64,000 nt of DNA from contig OZ219754.1 in assembly GCA_964291295.2 (NCBI GenBank), forward strand, positions 64,001-128,000, read 5' to 3'. The translations under genes and the position numbers were made by a program. This stretch comes from an uncultured Candidatus Binatia bacterium. GTDB lineage: Bacteria; Desulfobacterota; Binatia; UBA9968; JAJDTQ01. The notes under the pieces were generated by a model. It was given only the letters and a program-made list of their open reading frames with translations, did not search any database and was not told the origin of the DNA. Of the stretch, positions 32,397 through 42,092 are shown piece after piece; within the stretch, counting starts at the first letter, position 1; the number at the start of each line of letters is the position of its first letter.

Positions 32397-34397
32397 ATGA
32401 AGAAGCTGCCATTGGGAGCCGTGGAGCCGTTTGCATGGCGCTCCTGGGGTGAGGGTTTCGTCAACGTCAACGACGCCGGCCACCTGGAGATCCTCACCGA
32501 TCCGGCGACCCGGGGCAGGGTCGATCTCAACGCTCTCGTGACCCGGTTGCAGCGGCAGCGGACTCGCCCGCCGGTGCTGGTGCGCTTTCCGCAACTCATC
32601 GACCGGCAGATGGAGAACCTCCAGCGGGCGTTCCGGACGGCCATCGAGACCTTCGACTACCGCGGCACCTACACCTCCGTCTACCCGCTCAAGGTCAACA
32701 GCCGCAAGGCCACGGTAGCGCGGATCTGCGAGGCCGGGCGCCCCTACGGCGTCGGCCTGGAAGTGGGCAGCAAGGCGGAGTTGTGCATCGCCCTGTCGAT
32801 GCTCGGCAACAGCCGCGGCCCGATCATCTGCAACGGCTACAAGGACACCGACTCGGTGGAGCTGGCGGCGGCCGCCAGCGAGGCCGGCTACAACATCGTG
32901 GTGGTGTTCGAGCGGCCGCGCGAGTACGAACTGGTCAGCGAGCTGCGCGCCAAGGGACTCCCCTGCCCCACGCTGGGTGCGCGGGTGAAGCTCAACGCCT
33001 GCGGCATGGGCCGCTGGGAGGAATCGTCCGGAGACCTGTCCAAGTTCGGCCTCAACGCTTCCGACCTGCTGGAAGCCATCCGGCTGCTGAAGGATTGCAA
33101 GCTGCTCCACCGGCTGCGCCTGCTCCACTTCCACCTGGGCTCCCAGATCACCAACATCCGGAACTTCAAGCAGGCGCTTCAGGAGGCGTTGCGGTTCTAC
33201 GTCGAACTCAGGGAACTGGGGGTTCCCCTGGACACGCTGGACGTGGGCGGCGGGCTGGGCGTCGACTACGACGGCAGCAACAGTTCCGCGGATTCCAGCG
33301 TGAACTACAACGTTCAGGAATATGCCAACGACATCATCTACACCACGAAGGAAGTGTTGGACCGTGCGCGTATCACGGAACCGCGCATCATCACCGAAGC
33401 CGGCCGATTCCTGGTGACGCACCATGTCGCCCTGCTCGTGGACCCCCTTGAGCAGCCGCGGCTGACCCCGAAGCCGGCCCGCGCCCGGGCCCGGTCCTCC
33501 AACGTGGACGCCGTCAACGAGCTGGACGACATGGTGGTGGAGATCAACAGCAAGAACTGGCGCGAGTACCTGCACGATGCCTACCAGAAAAAGGACGAGA
33601 TGCTCTCGGCCTTCTCCCTCGGCTTCCTTTCACTGAAGCAAAGGGCCCAGGCGGAATCGGCATTTGCCCGAATCGTGGAACGGGCCAGCCGTTTCTCGCG
33701 TCACGGACGCTTCGACGGCGAGGACAAGGCGGCCCTGGAGCGCATCGCCGCCCGGTTGCACGCCTTCAACTTCTCGATCTTCCGGTCCTTGCCGGACAGT
33801 TGGATCCTGGACATGCTGTTTCCCATCCTGCCCACTAGCCGGCTCAAGGAGAAGCCCGCCATCAAGGCCGTCCTGGCGGACCTCACCTGTGACTCGGACG
33901 GCGTCATCAACAAGTTTTCGGACCCCCACGAGCCCCGCTCCACCTTCGAACTCCACGCCATGCCCTGGAATGACTCCTACACCCTGGCGATCCTGTTCCT
34001 GGGCGCCTATCAGGAGGCCCTCAGTACCGACCACAACCTCTTCGGACGGCCCGCGGAGGTCACGGTGGAAACCGACGGCAGCGGCGGCATGGAGATCCTC
34101 GACGCGCGCGCCCCCGACACCTGTGCCGACATGCTGACCCGGTGGGGGTTCGACGACCTCGTGCAGGGCCATCTTCCGCGGGACCTCCACGCCGTGCCCC
34201 CGGCGGCACAACCCGACTCGCCTGCCGCCCGCCTGGAGAGGATCATGGCCCGGGTCCTGACCGGCGGCACCTACCTGGACCGGCAGGACGGCCCGGCGGT
34301 GACGGCTGCCGCCGGAGAAGCCGGCGCGCCCAAGGAAAGGCCCCATGCCGTGACGGCCCGGGACAAGAGGCGGGCACATTCGGCCAGCGGTTCCTGA
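32397..34397 (+). CDS. speA: Biosynthetic arginine decarboxylase
   Basis: YPLKVN (PLP Lys), GLEVGSKAEL, CNGYKD, HFHLGSQI, DVGGGLGVDYDG, DLTCDSDG, GAYQE...HNLFG. Confidence 0.93.
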   Translation: MKKLPLGAVEPFAWRSWGEGFVNVNDAGHLEILTDPATRGRVDLNALVTRLQRQRTRPPVLVRFPQLIDRQMENLQRAFRTAIETFDYRGTYTSVYPLKVNSRKATVARICEAGRPYGVGLEVGSKAELCIALSMLGNSRGPIICNGYKDTDSVELAAAASEAGYNIVVVFERPREYELVSELRAKGLPCPTLGARVKLNACGMGRWEESSGDLSKFGLNASDLLEAIRLLKDCKLLHRLRLLHFHLGSQITNIRNFKQALQEALRFYVELRELGVPLDTLDVGGGLGVDYDGSNSSADSSVNYNVQEYANDIIYTTKEVLDRARITEPRIITEAGRFLVTHHVALLVDPLEQPRLTPKPARARARSSNVDAVNELDDMVVEINSKNWREYLHDAYQKKDEMLSAFSLGFLSLKQRAQAESAFARIVERASRFSRHGRFDGEDKAALERIAARLHAFNFSIFRSLPDSWILDMLFPILPTSRLKEKPAIKAVLADLTCDSDGVINKFSDPHEPRSTFELHAMPWNDSYTLAILFLGAYQEALSTDHNLFGRPAEVTVETDGSGGMEILDARAPDTCADMLTRWGFDDLVQGHLPRDLHAVPPAAQPDSPAARLERIMARVLTGGTYLDRQDGPAVTAAAGEAGAPKERPHAVTARDKRRAHSASGS

Positions 34398-34489
34398 AAA
34401 GTTCCCATACTCGAATATTCCTGATTTGAGCCCCAGGAATTCCTGTGCTAGGCTCTGCACCGGTGCGCCGCCGGCGGCGGCACCCGCGG

Positions 34490-36217
34490 ATGCAGGAAAT
34501 GCAGACAAGCCCGGCAAGCGCGGCGCCCAGGGTTCCGCCCGTCCCCGCAATATCGGCCCTCTGGCGATGGCCCCGAGTGGACGGCTGGACCGCCGCTGTC
34601 CTGGCGGCGGCGGCGCTGTTCGCCAGCCCGCTCCTGGCGGTCCTGGGCATCGCCCTGGAAGGCAGCGGCGACGCTTGGGGACACCTTGGCTCGACCGTTC
34701 TCGCCAGCTATCTCCTTCAGACCCTGGGGCTCATCATCGGCGTCGGCGCCGGGGTTCTCGTCATCGGCGTCACCACGGCGTGGCTCGTCACCCGGTTCGA
34801 GTTCCCCGGACGCCCCGTGCTGCAGTGGGCGCTGTTGCTGCCGCTGGCCATGCCCGCGTACATCGCGGCGTACACCTACACCGACCTGCTCGAGTTCGCC
34901 GGTCCGGTGCAGACCGGCCTGCGCCAGTTGTTCGGGTGGCGAGGCCCGAGCGACTACTGGTTCCCGGAGGTTCGCTCCCTGGGCGGTGCCGTGACCTTCA
35001 TGTCCCTGGTGCTCTACCCCTACGTCTACCTGCTCGCCCGTGCGGCTTTCGTCGAACAGTCCCGGAATCTGTGGGACGCCGCGCGCGGGCTCGGACTCCG
35101 GCCCTGGCCATGCTTCCTGCGAGTGGGACTGCCGTTGGCGCGGCCGGCCATCGTCGCCGGCGTGCTGCTGGCCCTGATGGAAACCCTGAACGATTTCGGC
35201 ACCGTGGACTACTTCGCGGTACAGACGCTGACCATCGGCGTCTACCGGGTCTGGTTCGGCATGAACAACGCGCCCGCCGCCGCGCAGTTGGCGTCCCTGG
35301 TGCTGGTTCTGGTGCTGGTGATGTCCACCCTGGAGCGCACCGCCCGGGGCCGGCGGCGCTACCCGTTCAACCACAAGCCACGCCATCCCCTGGCAAGGCT
35401 GCGCGGCATCCGCGGGATGCTGGCGTTGCTCACCTGCGCGGCGCCGCTGACCCTGGGCTTCGTGGTGCCGGCGCTGCTGATGGCGGTGTCCGCGGCCGGC
35501 GGCGCCGGCTCCTTCACCGGCGTCGACACGCTGACCCTGGCCTTCAACAGCGTGGCCGTGGCCACCCTGGCAGCCTTGGCCTGCCTGTGCGCAGGTCTCT
35601 TCCTGGCCTACGGCGCGCGTCTGTCCGGGACCGCCCTGGTCCGCTGCGCGACCCGTGTGGCGAGCGTCGGCTATGCCGTGCCGGGAGTGGTACTGGCGGT
35701 CGGCGTCCTCACGACGGCGGCAGCGCTGGACAATGCCATCGACGGGTTCATGCGAACCCACTTCCAGGTCTCCACGGGGTTGATCCTCAGCGGCACGCTG
35801 TGCGCCCTGGTCTTCGCCTGCACGGTGCGGTTTCTGGCCCTGTCCTCCGGCTCGCTGGAAGCGGGGTTGACCCGGATCACGCCCAACATGGACGCCGCCG
35901 CGCGATCCCTGGGACAGCGTCCCGGCGGGATCCTGAGACGGGTCCACTTTCCGCTGCTGCGGGGCAGCCTCCTGACCGGCGCCATGCTGGTTTTTGTCGA
36001 CGCCATGAAGGAGTTGCCCATGACGCTGCTCCTGCGTCCATTCAACTTCAACACGCTGGCCACCCACGTCTACGAGTATGCCTCTTACGAAGCCTTCGAT
36101 CAGGCCGTGATCGCGGCCCTCGCCATCGTGGTCACCGGGCTGGCCCCGGTCATCGTTCTCAGCCTGCGCCTGGACGGCGCCGGACGACTCTCCCCGACCG
36201 CGAGACCGGCGTCGTGA
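34490..36217 (+). CDS. Fe3+ ABC transporter permease (FbpB/SfuB type)
   Basis: LPLAMPAYI.AY.YTD, YPYVYLLARAAF, METL.DFGTV, two EAA-like loops, MKELP.TL.LRPFNF.TLAT. Confidence 0.92.
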   Translation: MQEMQTSPASAAPRVPPVPAISALWRWPRVDGWTAAVLAAAALFASPLLAVLGIALEGSGDAWGHLGSTVLASYLLQTLGLIIGVGAGVLVIGVTTAWLVTRFEFPGRPVLQWALLLPLAMPAYIAAYTYTDLLEFAGPVQTGLRQLFGWRGPSDYWFPEVRSLGGAVTFMSLVLYPYVYLLARAAFVEQSRNLWDAARGLGLRPWPCFLRVGLPLARPAIVAGVLLALMETLNDFGTVDYFAVQTLTIGVYRVWFGMNNAPAAAQLASLVLVLVLVMSTLERTARGRRRYPFNHKPRHPLARLRGIRGMLALLTCAAPLTLGFVVPALLMAVSAAGGAGSFTGVDTLTLAFNSVAVATLAALACLCAGLFLAYGARLSGTALVRCATRVASVGYAVPGVVLAVGVLTTAAALDNAIDGFMRTHFQVSTGLILSGTLCALVFACTVRFLALSSGSLEAGLTRITPNMDAAARSLGQRPGGILRRVHFPLLRGSLLTGAMLVFVDAMKELPMTLLLRPFNFNTLATHVYEYASYEAFDQAVIAALAIVVTGLAPVIVLSLRLDGAGRLSPTARPAS

Positions 36218-36316
36218 GGCGGCGACAGCGCCCCGGGCGCCGGCTCCCGGCGGGCCGGTGGCGCGGGCTCCCGCGACGATTCGTGGACGCGGACAGGCTG
36301 GCCCTGGTTCGTCGTC

Positions 36317-38287
36317 TCAGACAGGCTGCCCGTTTTTCTCATCCAGGGCCGGCGCGGTGAGAAGCTGCACCGCACGGTCCAGGTCCGCATGGCTCCCCAG
36401 GAGCACCAGGATGTCCTGCGGCCTCAGTTGGCAGTCCATGGGCGGGCTCTCCACCGAGACGCCTTCCCGCACCAGCGCCAGGACGCTGGTGCGGCCCTCG
36501 AAGTGCGCCTTCAGCTCCCCGAGGGTATGGCCCGCCGCGGGCGCATCCTGCTCCACCAGGAGCGTATCGGCGGTGGCGCCGGTGAGAAACTGGCTGAACC
36601 GAGCCAGACTCTTGCCCTCCAGCCTCTGGCCGCGCAACATGCTGTAGCCCTCCCTGCGCACCATCTGCACCTGCAGATTGATGACGTTGCGCGGGACGTG
36701 GTACTCCCGCAGCACCCGCGCGAAGATCTCCACCGAGGTCTCGAACTCCTCGGGGATCACCTCATTGGCGCCCAAGGACATCAACCGCGGGATCTCGGCC
36801 ACGTACCGCGTCCGCACGATGATGTAGAGGTCGGGATTCAACCGCCGCGCGTGCCAGACGATACGCGACGTCGCCTGGGGATCGCTGATGGCCACCACCA
36901 GAACACGCGCGCGCGCCACGCCCATGGCCGCCAGCACCGCCGGACGCGTGCCGTCGCCGAACCGGACCCTCTCACCTTCGTCGCGCGCCGCCTCCGGGTT
37001 GAGGTCGAGTATCCGGTGAGGAATGGCCACCTCGCGCAAGACCCGGGCCAGGTTCCGCCCGTTGAGCCCATAGCCCACGATGAGGACGTGTCCGGCCGCG
37101 TCGTCCGCCGGCGCCCCGGCCTCGGCGTCGCCGCGGTGCAGCACGAAGCCCAGACGGCTTCCGCCCAGGACCAGCAGCGGGGTGGCCAGCATGCTGAGAA
37201 TCGCGGTGGCGAGAAAGATCTGCTCCTCGCCTGGCGAGAGGAGACGGAAGGCGCCGCCCATCCGGGCAAGGATGAGCGAGAACTCCCCGACCTGAGCCAG
37301 CGTCAGACCCAACGCCAGACCAAGCCGCAGCGATCGCTGGAGAAAGGAGAAGATGGCGGTGACAAGGCCGCCCTTGAGCATCACCAGCAGCAGCCAAGAG
37401 GCGGCCACGAGGACAAACTCCTGGCCGATGAAGTCGAGATCCACCTGCGTGCCGATGGAGATGAAGAAGATGCCGGCGAAACTGTCCCTCAGCGGAAGGA
37501 CGTCGGCCACCACCTGGTGGCTGTATTCCGAATCGGAAATGAGGAGTCCGGCAATGAACGAACCCAGGGCCAGGGAGATGCCGGACTGAAAGGCCAGCCA
37601 GGCGGTGCCCAGGCAGATGAGCAGCACGAACAGGACAAAGACCTCCTGGCTCCGAAGCCGCGCCACCTGGTGGAGGAGCCACGGCACCAGGAAACGCGAG
37701 GAGGTGAAGATGATGGCCACGGCGAGAACGGATTTGCCCAGCGTGACGGCCACCACCTGGAGGGACAACGCCGCGGTCTCCCCCAGCACCGGCACCGACA
37801 GCATCATGGGCACGGCGATGATGTCCTGGAGCAGCAGGACGCCCACCGCCAACCGCCCGTGAAGGGTCGAAAGCTCGTCCCGGTCGCTGTAGATCTTGAG
37901 CACGATGGCGGTGCTGCTGAGGGCGGCGAGCAGACCGAAGAAAAAGCTGATGCGCGGGGCGTAGCCCAGGTGAAGACCCACCGCCATGACCCCCAGGACG
38001 GTCAAGGCCACCTGCAGGAGGCCGCCCGTGAGGATCAACCCTTTCAGGGCGAGAAAACGCTCGAAGGAGAATTCGAGGCCGATGGAGAAGAGCAGCAGCA
38101 CGATGCCGATCTCCGCCAGGAGATCGAGTTCGGCGCCGTGGCCGATGACGTCGAAGCCATGCGGCCCCATGACCACGCCCACCGCAAGAAAACCGATGAC
38201 CGTGGGGAGCCGCAGCTTGTGGAAGGTGAAGACCGTGGCCACGGTGAGGGCCAGGACGGTCACCAGACTCGTGAGCACGTCAAGCAT
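36317..38287 (-). CDS. CPA2/Kef-type cation:proton antiporter with TrkA-N and TrkA-C domains
   Basis: AEIGIVLLLFSIGLE, LSSTAIVLK, QD, QVGEFS, then VGYG.NG Rossmann fold and an RCK-C tail. Confidence 0.92.
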   Translation of the reverse strand: MLDVLTSLVTVLALTVATVFTFHKLRLPTVIGFLAVGVVMGPHGFDVIGHGAELDLLAEIGIVLLLFSIGLEFSFERFLALKGLILTGGLLQVALTVLGVMAVGLHLGYAPRISFFFGLLAALSSTAIVLKIYSDRDELSTLHGRLAVGVLLLQDIIAVPMMLSVPVLGETAALSLQVVAVTLGKSVLAVAIIFTSSRFLVPWLLHQVARLRSQEVFVLFVLLICLGTAWLAFQSGISLALGSFIAGLLISDSEYSHQVVADVLPLRDSFAGIFFISIGTQVDLDFIGQEFVLVAASWLLLVMLKGGLVTAIFSFLQRSLRLGLALGLTLAQVGEFSLILARMGGAFRLLSPGEEQIFLATAILSMLATPLLVLGGSRLGFVLHRGDAEAGAPADDAAGHVLIVGYGLNGRNLARVLREVAIPHRILDLNPEAARDEGERVRFGDGTRPAVLAAMGVARARVLVVAISDPQATSRIVWHARRLNPDLYIIVRTRYVAEIPRLMSLGANEVIPEEFETSVEIFARVLREYHVPRNVINLQVQMVRREGYSMLRGQRLEGKSLARFSQFLTGATADTLLVEQDAPAAGHTLGELKAHFEGRTSVLALVREGVSVESPPMDCQLRPQDILVLLGSHADLDRAVQLLTAPALDEKNGQPV

Positions 38288-38457
38288 GACTGGTTCGGAA
38301 CGGGAGTCCGAAGATCCCGGCTCTCCGTCACTCCCGCGGAAGCGAGTGTCCCGGAAGCGCGGGGCGGGGACCGCGGCACCGGTCGGGTGTTGAATTCCAC
38401 ATGCGCTTCGGTGAGGATAGACGATTTGCGGCCCCAGGAACAGCAACCGAGGAGACG

Positions 38458-39207
38458 ATGGACGAAAACGACAAGGTCATGGGCATCGACATCGGCGGCA
38501 CCGGAGTCAAGGCGGCGCTGGTGGACACCCGGAGCGGCGCAATGACGACGGAACGCGTACGGCTGCCCACGCCCCAACCGGCGACACCAGCGGCTGTCAT
38601 GGAAGCCATTGAAAGCCTGCGGCGGCAACTGCAATGGCGGGGGACGGTGGGCTGCGGCTTTCCGGGTCTGGTCAAGAAGGGCCGGGTCGAGCGGGCCCCG
38701 AACCTCGACTCATCCTGGGTCGGCTATGATCTGGCCCGACAGCTTCAGGCGCAACTGGCGGTGCCGCGAGTCGCCATCGGCAACGACGCCGATGCCGCCG
38801 GACTGGCGGAGTTCCGGTTCGGCGCCGGCCGGAACGTGAACGGGACCGTGATGATCGTCACCCTGGGAACCGGCATCGGCTCGGCCGTCTTTCGCGACGG
38901 CGTGCTCTTGCCCGACACCGAACTGGGCCATCTCGAAATGCACGGCAAGGTGGCGGAAAAGTGGGCCGCCGCCAGCGTCCGCGCAAACCGGAACCTGAGC
39001 TGGAAGAAATGGGCCCGGCGACTCAACGAATATCTGGTCCACGCGGAGTACCTCCTGGGCGTCGACCTGTTCATCATCGGCGGAGGGGTCAGCAAGAAGC
39101 CCGAGAAGTTCTTCCCTTACCTCCAGGGCGTGGGCTGCCGGGTGGAAGCCGCGTGTCTCGGAAACGCCGCCGGTGTCATCGGCGCCGCCCTGTTCCCCCT
39201 GCGCTAG
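38458..39207 (+). CDS. ppgK: Polyphosphate glucokinase (ROK family)
   Basis: GIDIGGTGVK.A.VD, R.PTPQPATP, NDADAAGLAE, TLGTGIGSA, TELGH, IIGGGVSK. Confidence 0.9.
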   Translation: MDENDKVMGIDIGGTGVKAALVDTRSGAMTTERVRLPTPQPATPAAVMEAIESLRRQLQWRGTVGCGFPGLVKKGRVERAPNLDSSWVGYDLARQLQAQLAVPRVAIGNDADAAGLAEFRFGAGRNVNGTVMIVTLGTGIGSAVFRDGVLLPDTELGHLEMHGKVAEKWAAASVRANRNLSWKKWARRLNEYLVHAEYLLGVDLFIIGGGVSKKPEKFFPYLQGVGCRVEAACLGNAAGVIGAALFPLR

Positions 39208-40771
39208 TCGTCCGGTGCCGGATACGCGGCAGCCAGGGCAGCAGCAACGTGTACGGGGGCTCGGTTTCGCGGAGGCTCCGACCGAACCGGGCCAACAGAT
39301 CCGGAACCTTCGCGCATGCCAGTTCCCGCTCCACCCGCATGCGCGACGACAGCACCTCGGCGGCCGGGCACGCACGGCTGGCCCCGGCCCGGGACAGGAC
39401 GGCGGCGAAGTCCCGGGTGCGGGCCTCGTGCACCGTGAGATCCTGGATCCGGCCCAACGCGTCCTGGAGTTTTTTCAGGCGCGGCACCACATCCCGCGCC
39501 TCGGGCATCAACTCCCCGAGCATCTCCAGAAGATAGCGCAGCTGCTTGCATTCGATCCGAAGGGCGTGGAAGGAAGCGGCATCCGTCGGCTCCCGGAGGC
39601 GCGCCCCCTGTTCCAGCATGTTCCGGCACTTCCTCGCCACGCGCGCTGCCGCCAGCGGCAGGATGGGCTTCGTACCCCGTGGTCCCGTTCCGAGGACGCC
39701 GGCGTCCTGCACGGATGAGCGCCAGCACCGCAACGCGGCGTGCCAGTCGTCCGAACCCATGACTTCCACCAGCCGGCGGTGGGCCGCCGCCCGCTCGCGC
39801 GCGGCAAACTCGAACAGCGGGGTGAGGTCTTGCGCCAGGGGCGGCGCGAGCATGCCCCGGTAGGCGGTCTGCCGCTCCAGGTACACGTCCAGGTCTCTCA
39901 GCGCGTTGGTGGACTTGCCCAGCCAGGACAGCGTCTTCCTGAGCCTGTCCACGGGCTCAGGGGAAAAGACGCCCCGGAGCTGTCCCAGACAGGATCGGGC
40001 ACGGCGCACGGCCACCCGGAAATCATGCAGGAACTCCGTGTCGGTATCGTGGAGCATGCCTTCCTGGTTGGCGCGAACCACCGGGTACTGATCACGAATC
40101 ACGGCGCCCAGGGCCTCGGCGGCAGTCATGGAGGCGTCGAGCCGGGTCCGGGCGGCGGTGGCCGTGCCCAGGGGATCCAGGGACAGGGCCTCCAGTGCCC
40201 GCCGGTAGCGGGAGCCGCTTCCGGCGCGCACCCCGCGCTTTTCCCACCACTCGCATACCTCCCGGAAGATATTCCTGTAGCCCCGTACCTGCCGGACCAC
40301 GACCGAGTCCGCCAGCCGCGCACTCCGCCTCCCGTCCGCCACTTCGTCCTGGTTCAACAAGACGCGCAGGACCGTCTTCTGATCGTGGTTCCACCGGTAC
40401 CAGATGCGCACTCGTGAGCGCACCGAAAACAGCCGGAGCAGGGCCCGGTTCCGGGTCAGCGGCGCCAACTCGTCCCGCAACGCGCCAGGCGGCAGGCCGG
40501 CGGCGAATTCCGGAAGGCCGTCGAACTCCATGCGGCTCCGCGGGTCCGACCCATCCAGGCTCCCCAGGTGCAGCACACCCCCGGAACTCCACAGGGCGCG
40601 CGAATGGGCGAAGAGCCGCCCGTCGTGAGTGTCGAGGTACACGGCCTCGCGGACCAGGCGCGGCCCCTGGCGCAACGCGTACTGATGGCGCAGCTCGCGC
40701 AGCAATCGTGGCCCGGACCGGCCCCGGGGAATATCGAACGTCCGCTCCGAGACTGTGCCGGACAGTGTCAC
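39176..40771 (-). CDS. CYTH-like + CHAD domain protein (polyphosphate-binding)
   Basis: N-terminal YLDT.D.RL; CHAD motifs EFLHDFRVAVRR.RS, RDLDV, H.LRI.CK.LRYLLE, LQD.LG..QD. GTG start overlaps the ParA stop. Confidence 0.88.
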   Translation of the reverse strand: MTLSGTVSERTFDIPRGRSGPRLLRELRHQYALRQGPRLVREAVYLDTHDGRLFAHSRALWSSGGVLHLGSLDGSDPRSRMEFDGLPEFAAGLPPGALRDELAPLTRNRALLRLFSVRSRVRIWYRWNHDQKTVLRVLLNQDEVADGRRSARLADSVVVRQVRGYRNIFREVCEWWEKRGVRAGSGSRYRRALEALSLDPLGTATAARTRLDASMTAAEALGAVIRDQYPVVRANQEGMLHDTDTEFLHDFRVAVRRARSCLGQLRGVFSPEPVDRLRKTLSWLGKSTNALRDLDVYLERQTAYRGMLAPPLAQDLTPLFEFAARERAAAHRRLVEVMGSDDWHAALRCWRSSVQDAGVLGTGPRGTKPILPLAAARVARKCRNMLEQGARLREPTDAASFHALRIECKQLRYLLEMLGELMPEARDVVPRLKKLQDALGRIQDLTVHEARTRDFAAVLSRAGASRACPAAEVLSSRMRVERELACAKVPDLLARFGRSLRETEPPYTLLLPWLPRIRHRTTSAGGTGRRR

Positions 40772-41559
40772 CCTCCCCGTGCGGGAACCGGAATAAACCG
40801 CAACAGGGCGGCCAACTCCTCCCAAAGCTCCCGATAGCGCTTCGTTGCCGTGCCGGAGGGCCGGAAGGCCGGCAACGGCGCCCGCACCAGGCCCATGCTC
40901 TCGACATCCGCGGCATAGGGAATCACGGCCGTCAGCCAATTCCGGGACTCCTCCCTCATGGCCGCCATGGTCGCCCGGTGCATCCTCTTGCGCGCCTCCA
41001 CCATGGAGAAGAAAGCCCGCATCCGGTTCTCGTCATGACCTTTGCGCCGGATGAAGGCCCGCAGGATGGAGTAGGCCCGAACGGCCAGCGTTGACGGGAC
41101 CACCGGGACCACCAGCAGGTCCGCCGCCATGAAGATGCCCTCGGCCAGCAGGGAGGCGGTGGCGGGGCTGTCCAGCACGATCAGGTCGTACTCGGCCCGG
41201 AACGGATCGAGTATCTCCCGCAGGCGTTTCCTGGAACGTCTGACCCGCCCGAGTGCCGCATCCAGATGCCGGTGGGACCAGTCCGCCGGCAGCAGATCCA
41301 GCCGCTCGTAGTCGGTTCCCTTGATGTTGTCGGAAAACTTCGTCCGCCCTTCAAGATAGACCGTTCCGGCCTTCCTGAGCCTGGGCTTGATACGAAAGTA
41401 GTAGGTGGTCGAACTCTGCGGATCAAGATCGCAAACGAGCGTCCGGAGTCCGGATTCGGCACTGAGGTAGGCCAGATTCACGGCGGTGGCGGTCTTTCCG
41501 ACACCACCCTTCAGGTGATAGACGGCCATGACCCTGCCCGGTCCGGACTTGCCCCGCAT
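40768..41559 (-). CDS. ParA/MinD-family ATPase
   Basis: Deviant Walker A KGGVGKT, DLDPQ, YD.IVLDSP; no parB adjacent. Confidence 0.92.
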   Translation of the reverse strand: MRGKSGPGRVMAVYHLKGGVGKTATAVNLAYLSAESGLRTLVCDLDPQSSTTYYFRIKPRLRKAGTVYLEGRTKFSDNIKGTDYERLDLLPADWSHRHLDAALGRVRRSRKRLREILDPFRAEYDLIVLDSPATASLLAEGIFMAADLLVVPVVPSTLAVRAYSILRAFIRRKGHDENRMRAFFSMVEARKRMHRATMAAMREESRNWLTAVIPYAADVESMGLVRAPLPAFRPSGTATKRYRELWEELAALLRFIPVPARGG

Positions 41560-41639
41560 CGTCAAGGATCCAGCCAGGTCCGGCGGACCGCCGTGGCGGT
41601 TGGTGGCCACGCCCCCGGTGGCCACCAACCATGCGCGCT

Positions 41640-41948
41640 TCAGCTTCGGGGTTTTCTGGGCGGGACGATGGCGTCCTTGCAGGCTTTCGCAACGCGAAAC
41701 TTGACGACTCTTTTTGCCGGTATCTTGATCGCTTGCCCCGTCGCCGGATTGCGCCCCATGCGCGCCTTCCTGTTTGTCTTCACGAGCCGTCCGAGGCCCG
41801 GCACGATGAAAACCCCGTTCTTCTTGACCTCCTTGACCGCCAGCGTCGCCAAGTTGTCGAGGAAGTCCTTTGCGACCCGTTTGTTCAGGTCGCACTTGGC
41901 CGCCAAATCGGTCACTATCTGTGCCTGCGTCATCTTCGTAGCTGCCAT
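41640..41948 (-). CDS. hup: HU family histone-like DNA-binding protein
   Basis: PGLG...RKARMGRNPATGQAIKIPAK.VVKF. Confidence 0.93.
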   Translation of the reverse strand: MAATKMTQAQIVTDLAAKCDLNKRVAKDFLDNLATLAVKEVKKNGVFIVPGLGRLVKTNRKARMGRNPATGQAIKIPAKRVVKFRVAKACKDAIVPPRKPRS

Positions 41949-42001
41949 GCCTCTCCCTTCCATGTCCTCCGAACCACCGAAGGCAAATCAAAATGAGCCG
42001 T

Positions 42002-42030
42002 AATATACGCGCATTTGCTCGAACTGTAAA
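42002..42030 (-). promoter_or_regulatory. Sigma70 promoter for HU-ParA-CHAD
   Basis: TTTACA-N17-TATATT. Confidence 0.65.
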
Positions 42031-42092
42031 GAATACGAGGAAAACGCAACGAGCAAATGTCGGCGGCGGTCCGCCGACAGGCCCCCCCCTTG

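Noticed and set aside
30281-32644. 787-aa minus-strand ORF, and similar long antisense ORFs (27432-29549, 36389-38545, 44796-47021, 49907-52087)
   Set aside because: Each lies opposite a clearly identifiable gene and has shadow-frame composition (V/L/H/G/A-rich).
40768-41559. Plasmid or chromosome partition locus
   Set aside because: No parB, parS or rep nearby; the context is polyphosphate-related genes.
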